This document shows, in pieces, positions 1 to 9,593 of a DNA stretch of 64,000 nucleotides. Source of the stretch: Polyangiales bacterium (GTDB taxonomy: Bacteria; Myxococcota_A; Polyangia; Polyangiales; Ga0077539); contig JBGARZ010000003.1 in assembly GCA_044229975.1 (NCBI GenBank), positions 320,001 through 384,000 of the forward strand, read 5' to 3'. The notes beneath the pieces were generated by a model that was not told the DNA's origin, did no database searches, and saw only the letters and a list, made by a program, of their open reading frames with translations. Both the position numbers and the translations under genes were made by a program. Positions within the stretch are counted from its first letter, which is position 1; every line of letters starts with the position of its first letter.

Positions 1-127
1 CAGCCTTGCGGGTGTACAGCAACATGTTGATCGCCTCGGCCACCTTCTGGCCGCGGACCAGGTTCACGACAGTCCGCGCCTTCCGGGGCGCGACACGCGC
101 GAACCGCGCAATCGCCTTGCTCTCCAT
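1..127 (-). CDS. rplV: 50S ribosomal protein L22 (5' part; runs off window start)
   Basis: Manual translation from ATG at 127: MESKAIARFARVAPRKARTVVNLVRGQKVAEAINMLLYTRKA, the characteristic L22 N-terminus. Not in the ORF track because no stop is in the window. Confidence 0.93.
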   Translation of the reverse strand, partial: MESKAIARFARVAPRKARTVVNLVRGQKVAEAINMLLYTRKA

Positions 128-281
128 CGTCGTTGCTTCCGTTTCACCAGCGCGGTGGCTCTCGCCGGACCTGCTGGGCTCCCATCGACGCGTCCACCCG
201 GGAATTGGGTGCAGCCGCCGACATAGAAGGTTTCGCCCCTTGGAGCAGCCCGTTGAGGCCGTTCTGTCAGGGAGGGCGCGG

Positions 282-311
282 CATGTACCACCCGCTTTGA
301 AACGCCGTCAA
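282..311 (-). promoter_or_regulatory. Putative sigma70-type promoter for rplV
   Basis: Minus strand TTGACG (311-306), 18 nt spacer, then TG-G-TACATG (287-282). It sits within the inverted repeat AAACGCC-N7-GGCGTTT (300-320). Confidence 0.4.
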
Positions 312-366
312 GGGGCGTTTGCAAACTCTCTCGCCCCCCGTCAGAGCTCCCCTTGAAACAAGGCAC

Positions 367-396
367 TTGAGAGATTCACGGGGGCGATGTTACACC
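367..396 (+). promoter_or_regulatory. Putative promoter of tRNA-Leu
   Basis: TTGAGA (367-372), 18 nt, TGn-TACACC (391-396), 14 nt before the tRNA. Confidence 0.4.
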
Positions 397-410
397 GCGG
401 TCGTTCCACT

Positions 411-494
411 GCCGGAGTGGCGGAATGGCAGACGCAGCGGATTCAAAATCCGCCGAGGTATCCCCTCGTACCGGTTCAAGCCCGGTCTCCGGTA
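411..494 (+). tRNA. tRNA-Leu(CAA)
   Basis: Acceptor stem GCCGGAG/CTCCGGT plus discriminator A; D-loop GGAATGGCAGAC; anticodon arm GCGGA-TTCAAAA-TCCGC; long variable arm; T-arm GGTTCAAG. Followed by CCC, so CCA is not encoded. Confidence 0.96.
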
Positions 495-572
495 CCCATC
501 GCGCGGGAAGCTCGTCGACGACCTCGTCCGACCCACGCCGCTCCCGTCGCGTCCGCGTAGGATTCGCGCCCC

Positions 573-2831
573 ATGACGCGCGCCCCCCGATGGCTCCCGC
601 TGTTGCTGTCCGCGGTGCTCGGCTGCGCGCACTCCCCGGCGTCTACGACGCCTCGACGACGGAGCCCGATGCGACATCACCAAGACCGAGTGAGCCCGCC
701 GACCGCCCACGCCGAGCCGCTGCTCGAGCAGTACGCCCAGACCTGGCGCTTTCGCCTCGGCGCGCCGGAGTCCGTCCGCGTCACCCCCGACGGGCGCGAG
801 GTGCTCTTCCTCCGATCGGGCGCGAGAGACTTCGTACGCGACCTCTTCGCGTTCGACGTGGCGACCGGGGTCGAGCGTCGGCTCCTCACGGCGTCGGAGC
901 TGCTCGGCGGCGCCGAAGAGTCGCTGACCACGGAGGAGCGCGCGCGTCGTCAACGACAACGCGTCGCCGCGCGCGGCATCGCAGCGTTTCAGCTCTCGTC
1001 CGACGGTAGCCGCATCCTCTTCCCGCTCTCAGGGAAGCTCTACGTCTACGACCGATCGTCGCGACGCGTGCGCGTGATCGCCGAGCAGGGCGGCGCACCG
1101 GTCGACCCGCGCTGGTCACCCGATGGGCGCATGGTGTCGTGCGTTCGCGACGGCGAGCTCCACGTCATCGACGCCGAGAGCGGCGTGCAGCGGGCGCTCA
1201 CGTCGGGGGCGACGGCGGGCATCACGCACGGGACCGCCGAGTTCGTCGCGCAGGAGGAGATGGACCGCATGGCGGGCTACTGGTGGTCGCCGGACTCCGC
1301 GACGCTCGCCTACCAGGAGACCGACGAGCGCGAGGTGGAGCGCTTCCAGATCGCCGACCCGATGCACCCCGAGCGGGCGCCCGACGCGTTCGCCTATCCG
1401 CGCGCGGGCCGACGCAACGCCGTGGTGCGCCTCGGGCTTGTCTCCGTCCACGGCGGCGCGACGACCTGGGTGCAGTGGGATCGCGACGCGTTCCCTTACC
1501 TCGCGAGCGTGAACTGGGAGGCGGGCGCGCCGCTCACGATCCTCGTGCAGAACCGGGCGCAGACGGAAGAGCGACTGCTCGCCGTCGCACCCGATGGGAG
1601 CACGCGAGAGCTGCTGCGCGAGACGGACGCCGCCTGGGTGAACATCGACTCCTCAGCGCCGCGGTGGCTCCCGAACGGAGAGGGTTTCCTCTGGTCGACC
1701 GAACGCGGCGGCCGATGGCAGCTCGAGCTGCGTCGGACCGATGGCTCACTCGACCGGGTGATCGTCGCGCCAGAGGTCGGCTACCGGAAGCTCATCCACG
1801 TCGACAGCGTGCGTCGGGTAGTGCGCGTGCTCGCGAGCGATGAGCCAACAGAGCAGCACGTCGTTCGCGTCTCGCTGGACGCTCCGTCGACCGCGGTGCG
1901 AGAGACGACCCAGCCGGGCGAGCACGATGCGCTCATCGGCAGCGGCGGCGTTCGGGTGGTGCATCGCAACGCCCTCATCGGGGCCTCCTCGTGGATGGTG
2001 CTGCGCGATGACGCCGTGGTCGGCACGCTCGCGTCCAACATCGAAGAGCCTGTGGTCCCGCCGCGGGTCGAGCTGGTGCAGGTCGGCGACGACCATCTGC
2101 GCGCGGCCATCGTGCGACCGTCCGACTTCCGTGACGGTGGGCGCTACCCGGTGCTGCTGATGGTCTACGGCGGGCCGCATGCGCAGATGGTCGGCAGCGC
2201 TCGCGGACGCTTCGTGCTCGCGCAGTTCTTCGCCGAGCAGGGCTTCGTCGTCGTGTCCCTCGACGGACGCGGAACACCCCATCGCGGACGCGACTGGGAA
2301 CGCGCCATCCATCAGGCCTTTGGGGATGTTCCGCTCGATGATCAGGTGCGCGGGCTCCACGCCCTTGGCGCGCGCTACCCCGAGCTCGACCTCGGGCGCG
2401 TCGGCGTCTACGGGTGGTCCTTCGGCGGCTATCTCGCGGCGCTCGCCATGCTGCGGCGCTCGGACGTCTTTCGCGCCGGCATCGCGGGCGCACCGGTCGC
2501 CGACTGGCGCGACTACGACACCCACTACACCGAGCGGTACCTGGGCGTTCCGACCGGCGATGACGACGAGACGTACCGACGCAGTTCGCTGCTCACCTGG
2601 GCCGACGGGCTGCGCCATCCGCTGCTCGTGCTGCACGGAACGGCCGACGACAACGTGTACTTCCTCCACGGCGTTCGGCTCTCGGACGCGCTCTTCCGGG
2701 CGGGCCGCACGCATGAGTTCATCCCGCTCGCGGGCTCGACGCACAGCGTGGCCGACCCGGTGGTGGCGACGGCCCTCTACCGCCACATGGCAGCGTTTCT
2801 ACGCCGCAACGTCAGCGAGGCCGCTCGATGA
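573..2831 (+). CDS. S9B family dipeptidyl-peptidase IV-like serine peptidase (lipoprotein)
   Basis: Lipobox VLGC; DPP IV N-terminal motif AEFVAQEEMDR..GYWWSPD; catalytic GWSFGG, HGTADDNV and His near the C-terminus. Confidence 0.93.
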   Translation: MTRAPRWLPLLLSAVLGCAHSPASTTPRRRSPMRHHQDRVSPPTAHAEPLLEQYAQTWRFRLGAPESVRVTPDGREVLFLRSGARDFVRDLFAFDVATGVERRLLTASELLGGAEESLTTEERARRQRQRVAARGIAAFQLSSDGSRILFPLSGKLYVYDRSSRRVRVIAEQGGAPVDPRWSPDGRMVSCVRDGELHVIDAESGVQRALTSGATAGITHGTAEFVAQEEMDRMAGYWWSPDSATLAYQETDEREVERFQIADPMHPERAPDAFAYPRAGRRNAVVRLGLVSVHGGATTWVQWDRDAFPYLASVNWEAGAPLTILVQNRAQTEERLLAVAPDGSTRELLRETDAAWVNIDSSAPRWLPNGEGFLWSTERGGRWQLELRRTDGSLDRVIVAPEVGYRKLIHVDSVRRVVRVLASDEPTEQHVVRVSLDAPSTAVRETTQPGEHDALIGSGGVRVVHRNALIGASSWMVLRDDAVVGTLASNIEEPVVPPRVELVQVGDDHLRAAIVRPSDFRDGGRYPVLLMVYGGPHAQMVGSARGRFVLAQFFAEQGFVVVSLDGRGTPHRGRDWERAIHQAFGDVPLDDQVRGLHALGARYPELDLGRVGVYGWSFGGYLAALAMLRRSDVFRAGIAGAPVADWRDYDTHYTERYLGVPTGDDDETYRRSSLLTWADGLRHPLLVLHGTADDNVYFLHGVRLSDALFRAGRTHEFIPLAGSTHSVADPVVATALYRHMAAFLRRNVSEAAR

Positions 2832-4215
2832 TCGCGACGTCGTAGAGCGCCGGGGTCACGTAGCGCTCGCGGACGAAGCGCGCGCGCACCCTCCCCGTGG
2901 CCCCGTACGCCCCCCTCACCTCGCTGGTCACGAGCACCGTGTCCGTCGTCGCGTGACGGATGCGATCGACGTCGGATCCATCGAGCACGTCCACGATGTG
3001 ATGGCGCGGAGCGAGAGGGCGGAGCCACGGACCGAGCTGCGCGGTCGCGATGACAATGTGGTCCGGATCGGCGTGCGCGATGAGCCACTGCGCGACGGCG
3101 ACGGTGGGCGGGGCTTGATCGTGTTGCAAGCCGGAGAGGCGCAGGGACTCGACGGTCAGGGAAGCCAGGGCGAGCGCCAGCGTGAGGGGGACCGCACGGG
3201 GCCAGCGACTCGACAGGACGGATGCGCCGTGCGCGCAGGCGAAGGCCATCAGCGGCACCAGTGGGAGGAGGTGGCGCGGTGACCAGAGGATGTTCTGACC
3301 GAGGAAGACCCAGGCGAGGTAGAGACCAGTGCTGGCTGCGACGACGCGGGCGCCCAGTGACAGCGGATGACTCGCGACGACTCCCGCAACGCTGGCAAAG
3401 AAGACGACCGCGCCGCTGACGAAGAGGTGCGTGGGGCGGTCGCTCCAGCCACCACCGAGGACATGCGTCCAGAGGGTCCAGAGCAGGGCTCGGACGCGCG
3501 CGACGAGGTCGGGTTGAGTCACGACGCTGCCGCCGAAGCGCTCGAAGTGACCGGTCGCGTGATTGGTGAGGAGCGCGACGAAACGCGCGGGCCCGGTCGA
3601 AGCGACCACGGGCGCGTAGCCGACCGCGACGAGGGCGGCGAAGAGCGCGACTGCGGCGGGTGCGCGGCGACGGTCACGCACGAGCACGAACGCGAACGCA
3701 GGGAGGCACAGCGCGACCGTCGAGAGGCGCACGAGGGCGACGAGCGCGCAGAGCGCGGCGACGCGACGCGCATCGGGTCGCGGGCGGGTGGCGGCGTAGA
3801 GGGCGCACCACGCGAGCGCGGCGCCGAGCATGTCGGAGAGCGGGCGCGCCGAGAGCATCGTGGTGAGCGGGACGACGCAGAGCAACACGGTGGCGAGGAC
3901 GGTCGGGAGTGTGCCCACCCGCGGTGTGCTCCAGCGGGCGAAGACCGCGACGAGCGCACCGAGCGAGAGCGCGGAGACCAGCGAGAGGGCAAGCGCGGGT
4001 GGCGCGCCGAGGTGATGCAGGAGGGCTCCGAGCGCCATGAAGAGGGGATAGCCGGGCGGATGCGGATGACCCTGGGCGAGGTCGAAGCGGAGCAGTCCGC
4101 GGGCGAAGCGGGAGCCGTCGGGATCCTGCGCGATGGTCGCGCAGTACGGGACACGGGACGCGACCGCGAGCGCCGCGAGGAGCCACGGGAGGTGTGCGCG
4201 GAGACGCCGGATCAG
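2812..4215 (-). CDS. Polytopic membrane protein, probable GT-C-type glycosyltransferase (start uncertain)
   Basis: D..F...HPHPPGYPLF motif in the first loop, about 10 hydrophobic helices, PRHLLPL motif. The ORF-track start at 4434 overlaps the upstream lipoprotein gene. Confidence 0.65.
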   Translation of the reverse strand: MIRRLRAHLPWLLAALAVASRVPYCATIAQDPDGSRFARGLLRFDLAQGHPHPPGYPLFMALGALLHHLGAPPALALSLVSALSLGALVAVFARWSTPRVGTLPTVLATVLLCVVPLTTMLSARPLSDMLGAALAWCALYAATRPRPDARRVAALCALVALVRLSTVALCLPAFAFVLVRDRRRAPAAVALFAALVAVGYAPVVASTGPARFVALLTNHATGHFERFGGSVVTQPDLVARVRALLWTLWTHVLGGGWSDRPTHLFVSGAVVFFASVAGVVASHPLSLGARVVAASTGLYLAWVFLGQNILWSPRHLLPLVPLMAFACAHGASVLSSRWPRAVPLTLALALASLTVESLRLSGLQHDQAPPTVAVAQWLIAHADPDHIVIATAQLGPWLRPLAPRHHIVDVLDGSDVDRIRHATTDTVLVTSEVRGAYGATGRVRARFVRERYVTPALYDVAIIERPR

Positions 4216-4517
4216 CGGGCGCCCGCGTCGGCGGTGTTGCCGGTGCCGGTTCCGCTCATGTACGGGGTCGACAGTGGTGAGCCGAGGTTGGGCAGCAGGC
4301 CCGGCGTGCAGCGGCAGACACCGTAGTCCGCAGCGCCCGAAGCCTCCGCGCAGGTGCGGTAGCCGTAGAGAGCGCCACCGTCGGTGCCGCCGGTGTCGGA
4401 GCAGCGACACTGGACCTGATCGCCAGCGAGGCACTTCGGCGCCACGTTGTTGCCGCAGCCCGCGAGGGCCGTGAACGCGACGAAGAAGAAGCCGACGACG
4501 AGGCGGGGAGCAGGCAC
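4212..4517 (-). CDS. Small Cys-rich lipoprotein
   Basis: GTG start; signal FFFVAFTALAGC; C..GDQVQCRC...G.RTC...YGVCRC; -10-like TACGGT 7 nt upstream. Confidence 0.75.
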   Translation of the reverse strand: MPAPRLVVGFFFVAFTALAGCGNNVAPKCLAGDQVQCRCSDTGGTDGGALYGYRTCAEASGAADYGVCRCTPGLLPNLGSPLSTPYMSGTGTGNTADAGAR

Positions 4518-4595
4518 GGCGGCGACCGTAGTCGGGTGAGATCGGGAGTCAAGATTGACTTGCCGGGGTTTGGGCAGCGGGGGTAAGCGCCACGG

Positions 4596-5996
<1,401 letters not shown>

Positions 5997-6061
5997 ATCG
6001 GTGATTGCGGCCCGGTCGCGCAAACCCCTACGCTCGCGGCGGATCCCATCGGAGGTGCGCG

Positions 6062-9000
6062 ATGCGTCGAGGAGTTTCGTGTCGGGCGGTCGTCCTGGTC
6101 GGCCTCCTTGTCGCCGCGACGTCAATCGGCTGTTCGGGCGGTGCCACGGGCACGGTCGCTGACGACGTCTCGGGGTTCACGGAAGACGCCACCGCAACGG
6201 CTCTCGATGCGGCGAGGGCCGACGACCGGCTGGCCGTGAAGCCGGTCGACGCTTCCACCATGGACGCCCCGACCCTGGATGCATCCACGACGGACGTGAC
6301 GGCCCCGACGGTCGACGTGGTGACGATCGATGCCGTGGTGTCCGAGGTGTTCTCCGGCTGTCGATCGAACGCCGACTGTCGGGAGAGCGAGTTCGGGTTC
6401 TACACCTGCGACATGGCCTCGGCGCGCTGCGGCGGGTGTAGCCCCGCGAGCGATGCGTGCCCGGCCGGACAGTACTGCGACCCCGCGCGCCTGACGTGCA
6501 CCCGCGGCTGTCGCACCGATGAGTCGTGTCGCGGCGCCGGCGGCGGGACTCCGCGGTGTGACCCCACCACGCGGCTCTGCGTGCAGTGTGCGACCGACGA
6601 TCAGTGCACTGACGGTCGACGCTGCATGGGCAACACCTGCGTCTCGGCCTGCGAGGGCGGCACGCGATGCCCGGGCACGCAGGCGTGTTGCAGCGGCGGG
6701 TGCGTCGACCCGCAGTCCAACGCCGCGCATTGCGGCGGGTGCGGGACGCGGTGCACCGTCGCCAACGGCGAGGGCGCCTGTGTGATGGGGCGGTGCGCGG
6801 TGGGCACCTGCGCGGGGGCCTATCGCGACTGCAACCTCATGGCCGCCGACGGGTGCGAGACCAACACCACGAGCGACCGCATGAACTGCGGCGGCTGCGG
6901 GCGCTTCTGCCCGACGCCTCCGCACTCCACGCCCACCTGCGCATCGGGCCGCTGCGGCTCGACGTGCGAGACCGGCTGGGCCGACTGCAACGGTGACGCG
7001 AGCGACGGCTGCGAGACCGACGTCACGCGTGACCCGGCCCACTGTGGGAGCTGCGCCGTCGCGTGCCCCAGCGCGGGCGCGAGCGCGACGTGCAGCATGG
7101 GGCGCTGCGGCCTCGGTCCGTGCCTCGCGGGCTACGCCAACTGCGACGGCAACCCGGCCAACGGTTGTGAGACCGAGCTCGCCTCGTCGCCCCTGCACTG
7201 CGGCGTGTGCGGGCGGCGCTGCCCGACCGCGGCCCACGCGAGCGCTTCGTGCGGCGCGGGGACGTGCGCGCTGCGCTGCGACGCGGGATGGGGCGACTGC
7301 AACGGCGACCCCATCGACGGCTGCGAGGCCAACCTCGCGACCACCCGCGAGCACTGCGGCGTGTGCGGGCGGCGCTGCGTCGTCACGGGCGGGACGGGCG
7401 TCTGCAACGCGGGGCGCTGCGACGTCGCGCGCTGCGAGGACGGCCTCGGCAACTGCGACGGCGACGCGGCCAACGGATGCGAGACCAACGTGCTGTCGAC
7501 GCCGACCCACTGCGGGGCCTGCGGTCGGGGCTGCGCCATCGCGAACGGCTCGGGAGCGTGCGCGGGCGGGCGCTGCGCAGTGGCGTCGTGCGCGACGGGC
7601 TACGCGGACTGCAACGGCGACGCGACGGACGGGTGCGAGACCGACCTTCGGACGACGCTCTCCAGCTGCGGTGCTTGCGGCACGGTCTGCCGCGCGGCCA
7701 ACGGGACGCCCGCGTGCACGGCCGGGCGGTGCGTGATCGGCGCGTGCGCGGCGGACTGGGCCAACTGCGACGGCGACGCGACCAACGGCTGCGAGGCCAA
7801 CATCCAGAACGAGCGATTCAACTGCGGCGGCTGCGGGCGGCCGTGCAGCCTCGCCAACGGGTCGGGCGGGTGCGCGATGGGCAGGTGCGTCGTCGCGAGC
7901 TGCGCGCCGGGCTTCGCGGACTGCAACGGCCTGGCCGCGGACGGCTGCGAGACGGCGGTGTACGGCGACACGGACAACTGCGGCGTGTGCGGGCGGCGGT
8001 GCCCCGCGGGCGAGGGCGGCGCGCTCGCGTCGTGCCGCGCCGGGGTGTGCGGCTTGAGCGCGTGCCCGTCGGGCGTCGATGACTGCGACGGGTCGTCGGC
8101 CAACGGCTGCGAGACCACGACGGCGACGGACGTCTCCAACTGCGGCGCGTGCGGGCGGCGGTGCCCCGCGCTCCCCAACGCGACGCCGCGGTGCTTCGGC
8201 GGCGCGTGCGGGCTCTCGTCGTGCGACGCGGGCTACGCCGACTGCGACGGCGCGACGCCCAACGGCTGCGAGGTGAACACCGGGACGAGCACCCTGCACT
8301 GCGGCGGCTGCGGGCGCATGTGCTCGCTCCCCAACGCGACGGCGGCGTGCCTGGCGGGGACCTGCGCGGTGGGCTCGTGCAACGCGGGCTTCGCGGACTG
8401 CAACGGCCTCGCGGCGGACGGCTGCGAGGTGGACACGCGCAACGACGCCGGCCACTGCGGCCGCTGCGAGGTGAGCTGCGCGTCACCGGGTGGCGGCTCG
8501 GCGCGGTGCAGCGCCGGGGCGTGCGTGAGCGCCTGCCCGTCGGGGCAGTCGGTGTGCGGCGGCGCGTGCCAAAGCGTCGGGAGCGCGTGCGTCTCTGGCG
8601 GGAGCGGCGGCTGCGAAGAGCGCGGGGTGCTCGCGTGCGTGGCGGGCTCGGTGCGGTGCAGCGCCACGCCGCGCACGAGCGGGAGCTGCATCGCGCCGGC
8701 GAGCGGGGTGTGCGGCAGCGGCGGGGCGTGCGCGTGCGCCACGGGGAGCGCCGAGTGCAGCGGCGTGTGCCGCAACGTGGCAGCGGACCCCGCGAACTGC
8801 GGCGCGTGCGGGGCGGTGTGCCCGACGCCGAGCGGCGGCGTGGCGACGTGCGTCGGGGGACGGTGCGGCAGCACATGCCCGACGGGACAGACGGACTGCG
8901 GCGGCGCTTGTCGCAGCACGGGCGCCGGGTGCACGGTGGGCTCCGGGGGATGCGAGGCGACGGGCACGGTGACCTGCTCGGGCAGCGCGACGGCGTGCAG

Positions 9001-9547
9001 CGCGGTGCCGCGCACGAGCGGCGCGTGCTCGGGTCTCACGGGCGGGAGCTGCAACAGCGCGGGTGCCTGTGCATGCACGGCAGGAATGCAGGCGTGCAGC
9101 GGGGTGTGCGTCGACCTCGACGGCGACGCGGCCAACTGCGGCGTGTGTGGGCGCGCGTGCGGCCCGGGGCGGGCGTGCTCGGCGGGCGTCTGCGTAGGGA
9201 CGGGCCCGCTGCGCTTCACGCTGACCTGGGATGTGCCCGGGGACATGGACCTCCACGTGACGCCGCCGTGCGGTTCGCTCATCTACTGGGCGACGGCCGG
9301 GCGCCTGGTGTGCGACGGGCTGCTCGACCGCGACGACACCTCGGGCTCCGGACCAGAGAACGTCTTCTGGGCGTCGACCCCGACGCGCGGCACGTACACG
9401 GTCTGCGCGGCGCCCTACGGCATCCGCGCGGAGACCCGCTGGACCATCGAGGTGTTTCACGGCGCGGTGCTGGTCGACACCTTCTCCGGCGTCTCGACCG
9501 TGAGCACCGGCAACACCTGCGGCGTGTCGTTTACGCACACCTATTGA
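6062..9547 (+). CDS. Large Cys-rich repeat lipoprotein with C-terminal YfaP/DUF2135-like domain
   Basis: Lipobox SIGC; D/A/T-rich linker; 11 copies of [DN]C[ND]GxxxxGCE...[HN]CGxCG; C-terminal LRFTLTWD..GDMDLHV...LDRDD...GPEN. Confidence 0.82.
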   Translation: MRRGVSCRAVVLVGLLVAATSIGCSGGATGTVADDVSGFTEDATATALDAARADDRLAVKPVDASTMDAPTLDASTTDVTAPTVDVVTIDAVVSEVFSGCRSNADCRESEFGFYTCDMASARCGGCSPASDACPAGQYCDPARLTCTRGCRTDESCRGAGGGTPRCDPTTRLCVQCATDDQCTDGRRCMGNTCVSACEGGTRCPGTQACCSGGCVDPQSNAAHCGGCGTRCTVANGEGACVMGRCAVGTCAGAYRDCNLMAADGCETNTTSDRMNCGGCGRFCPTPPHSTPTCASGRCGSTCETGWADCNGDASDGCETDVTRDPAHCGSCAVACPSAGASATCSMGRCGLGPCLAGYANCDGNPANGCETELASSPLHCGVCGRRCPTAAHASASCGAGTCALRCDAGWGDCNGDPIDGCEANLATTREHCGVCGRRCVVTGGTGVCNAGRCDVARCEDGLGNCDGDAANGCETNVLSTPTHCGACGRGCAIANGSGACAGGRCAVASCATGYADCNGDATDGCETDLRTTLSSCGACGTVCRAANGTPACTAGRCVIGACAADWANCDGDATNGCEANIQNERFNCGGCGRPCSLANGSGGCAMGRCVVASCAPGFADCNGLAADGCETAVYGDTDNCGVCGRRCPAGEGGALASCRAGVCGLSACPSGVDDCDGSSANGCETTTATDVSNCGACGRRCPALPNATPRCFGGACGLSSCDAGYADCDGATPNGCEVNTGTSTLHCGGCGRMCSLPNATAACLAGTCAVGSCNAGFADCNGLAADGCEVDTRNDAGHCGRCEVSCASPGGGSARCSAGACVSACPSGQSVCGGACQSVGSACVSGGSGGCEERGVLACVAGSVRCSATPRTSGSCIAPASGVCGSGGACACATGSAECSGVCRNVAADPANCGACGAVCPTPSGGVATCVGGRCGSTCPTGQTDCGGACRSTGAGCTVGSGGCEATGTVTCSGSATACSAVPRTSGACSGLTGGSCNSAGACACTAGMQACSGVCVDLDGDAANCGVCGRACGPGRACSAGVCVGTGPLRFTLTWDVPGDMDLHVTPPCGSLIYWATAGRLVCDGLLDRDDTSGSGPENVFWASTPTRGTYTVCAAPYGIRAETRWTIEVFHGAVLVDTFSGVSTVSTGNTCGVSFTHTY
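6700..8530 (+). repeat. About 53-aa Cys-rich tandem repeat array (coding)
   Basis: Eleven degenerate units of GAC/AAC-TGC-(G/A)AC-GGC...GGC-TGC-GAG spaced about 160 bp apart. Confidence 0.85.
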
Positions 9548-9593
9548 CAGAGCGCCGCGCGACCGCCGACGTCCTCGGTCACCGCTGAACGCC

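Noticed and set aside
411..494. tRNA-Leu as an island insertion site
   Set aside because: No adjacent integrase, and I saw no duplicate of its 3' end in the window.
6062..9547. Cys-rich protein as a multiheme cytochrome
   Set aside because: Motifs are HCGxCG/CxxCG, not CxxCH.
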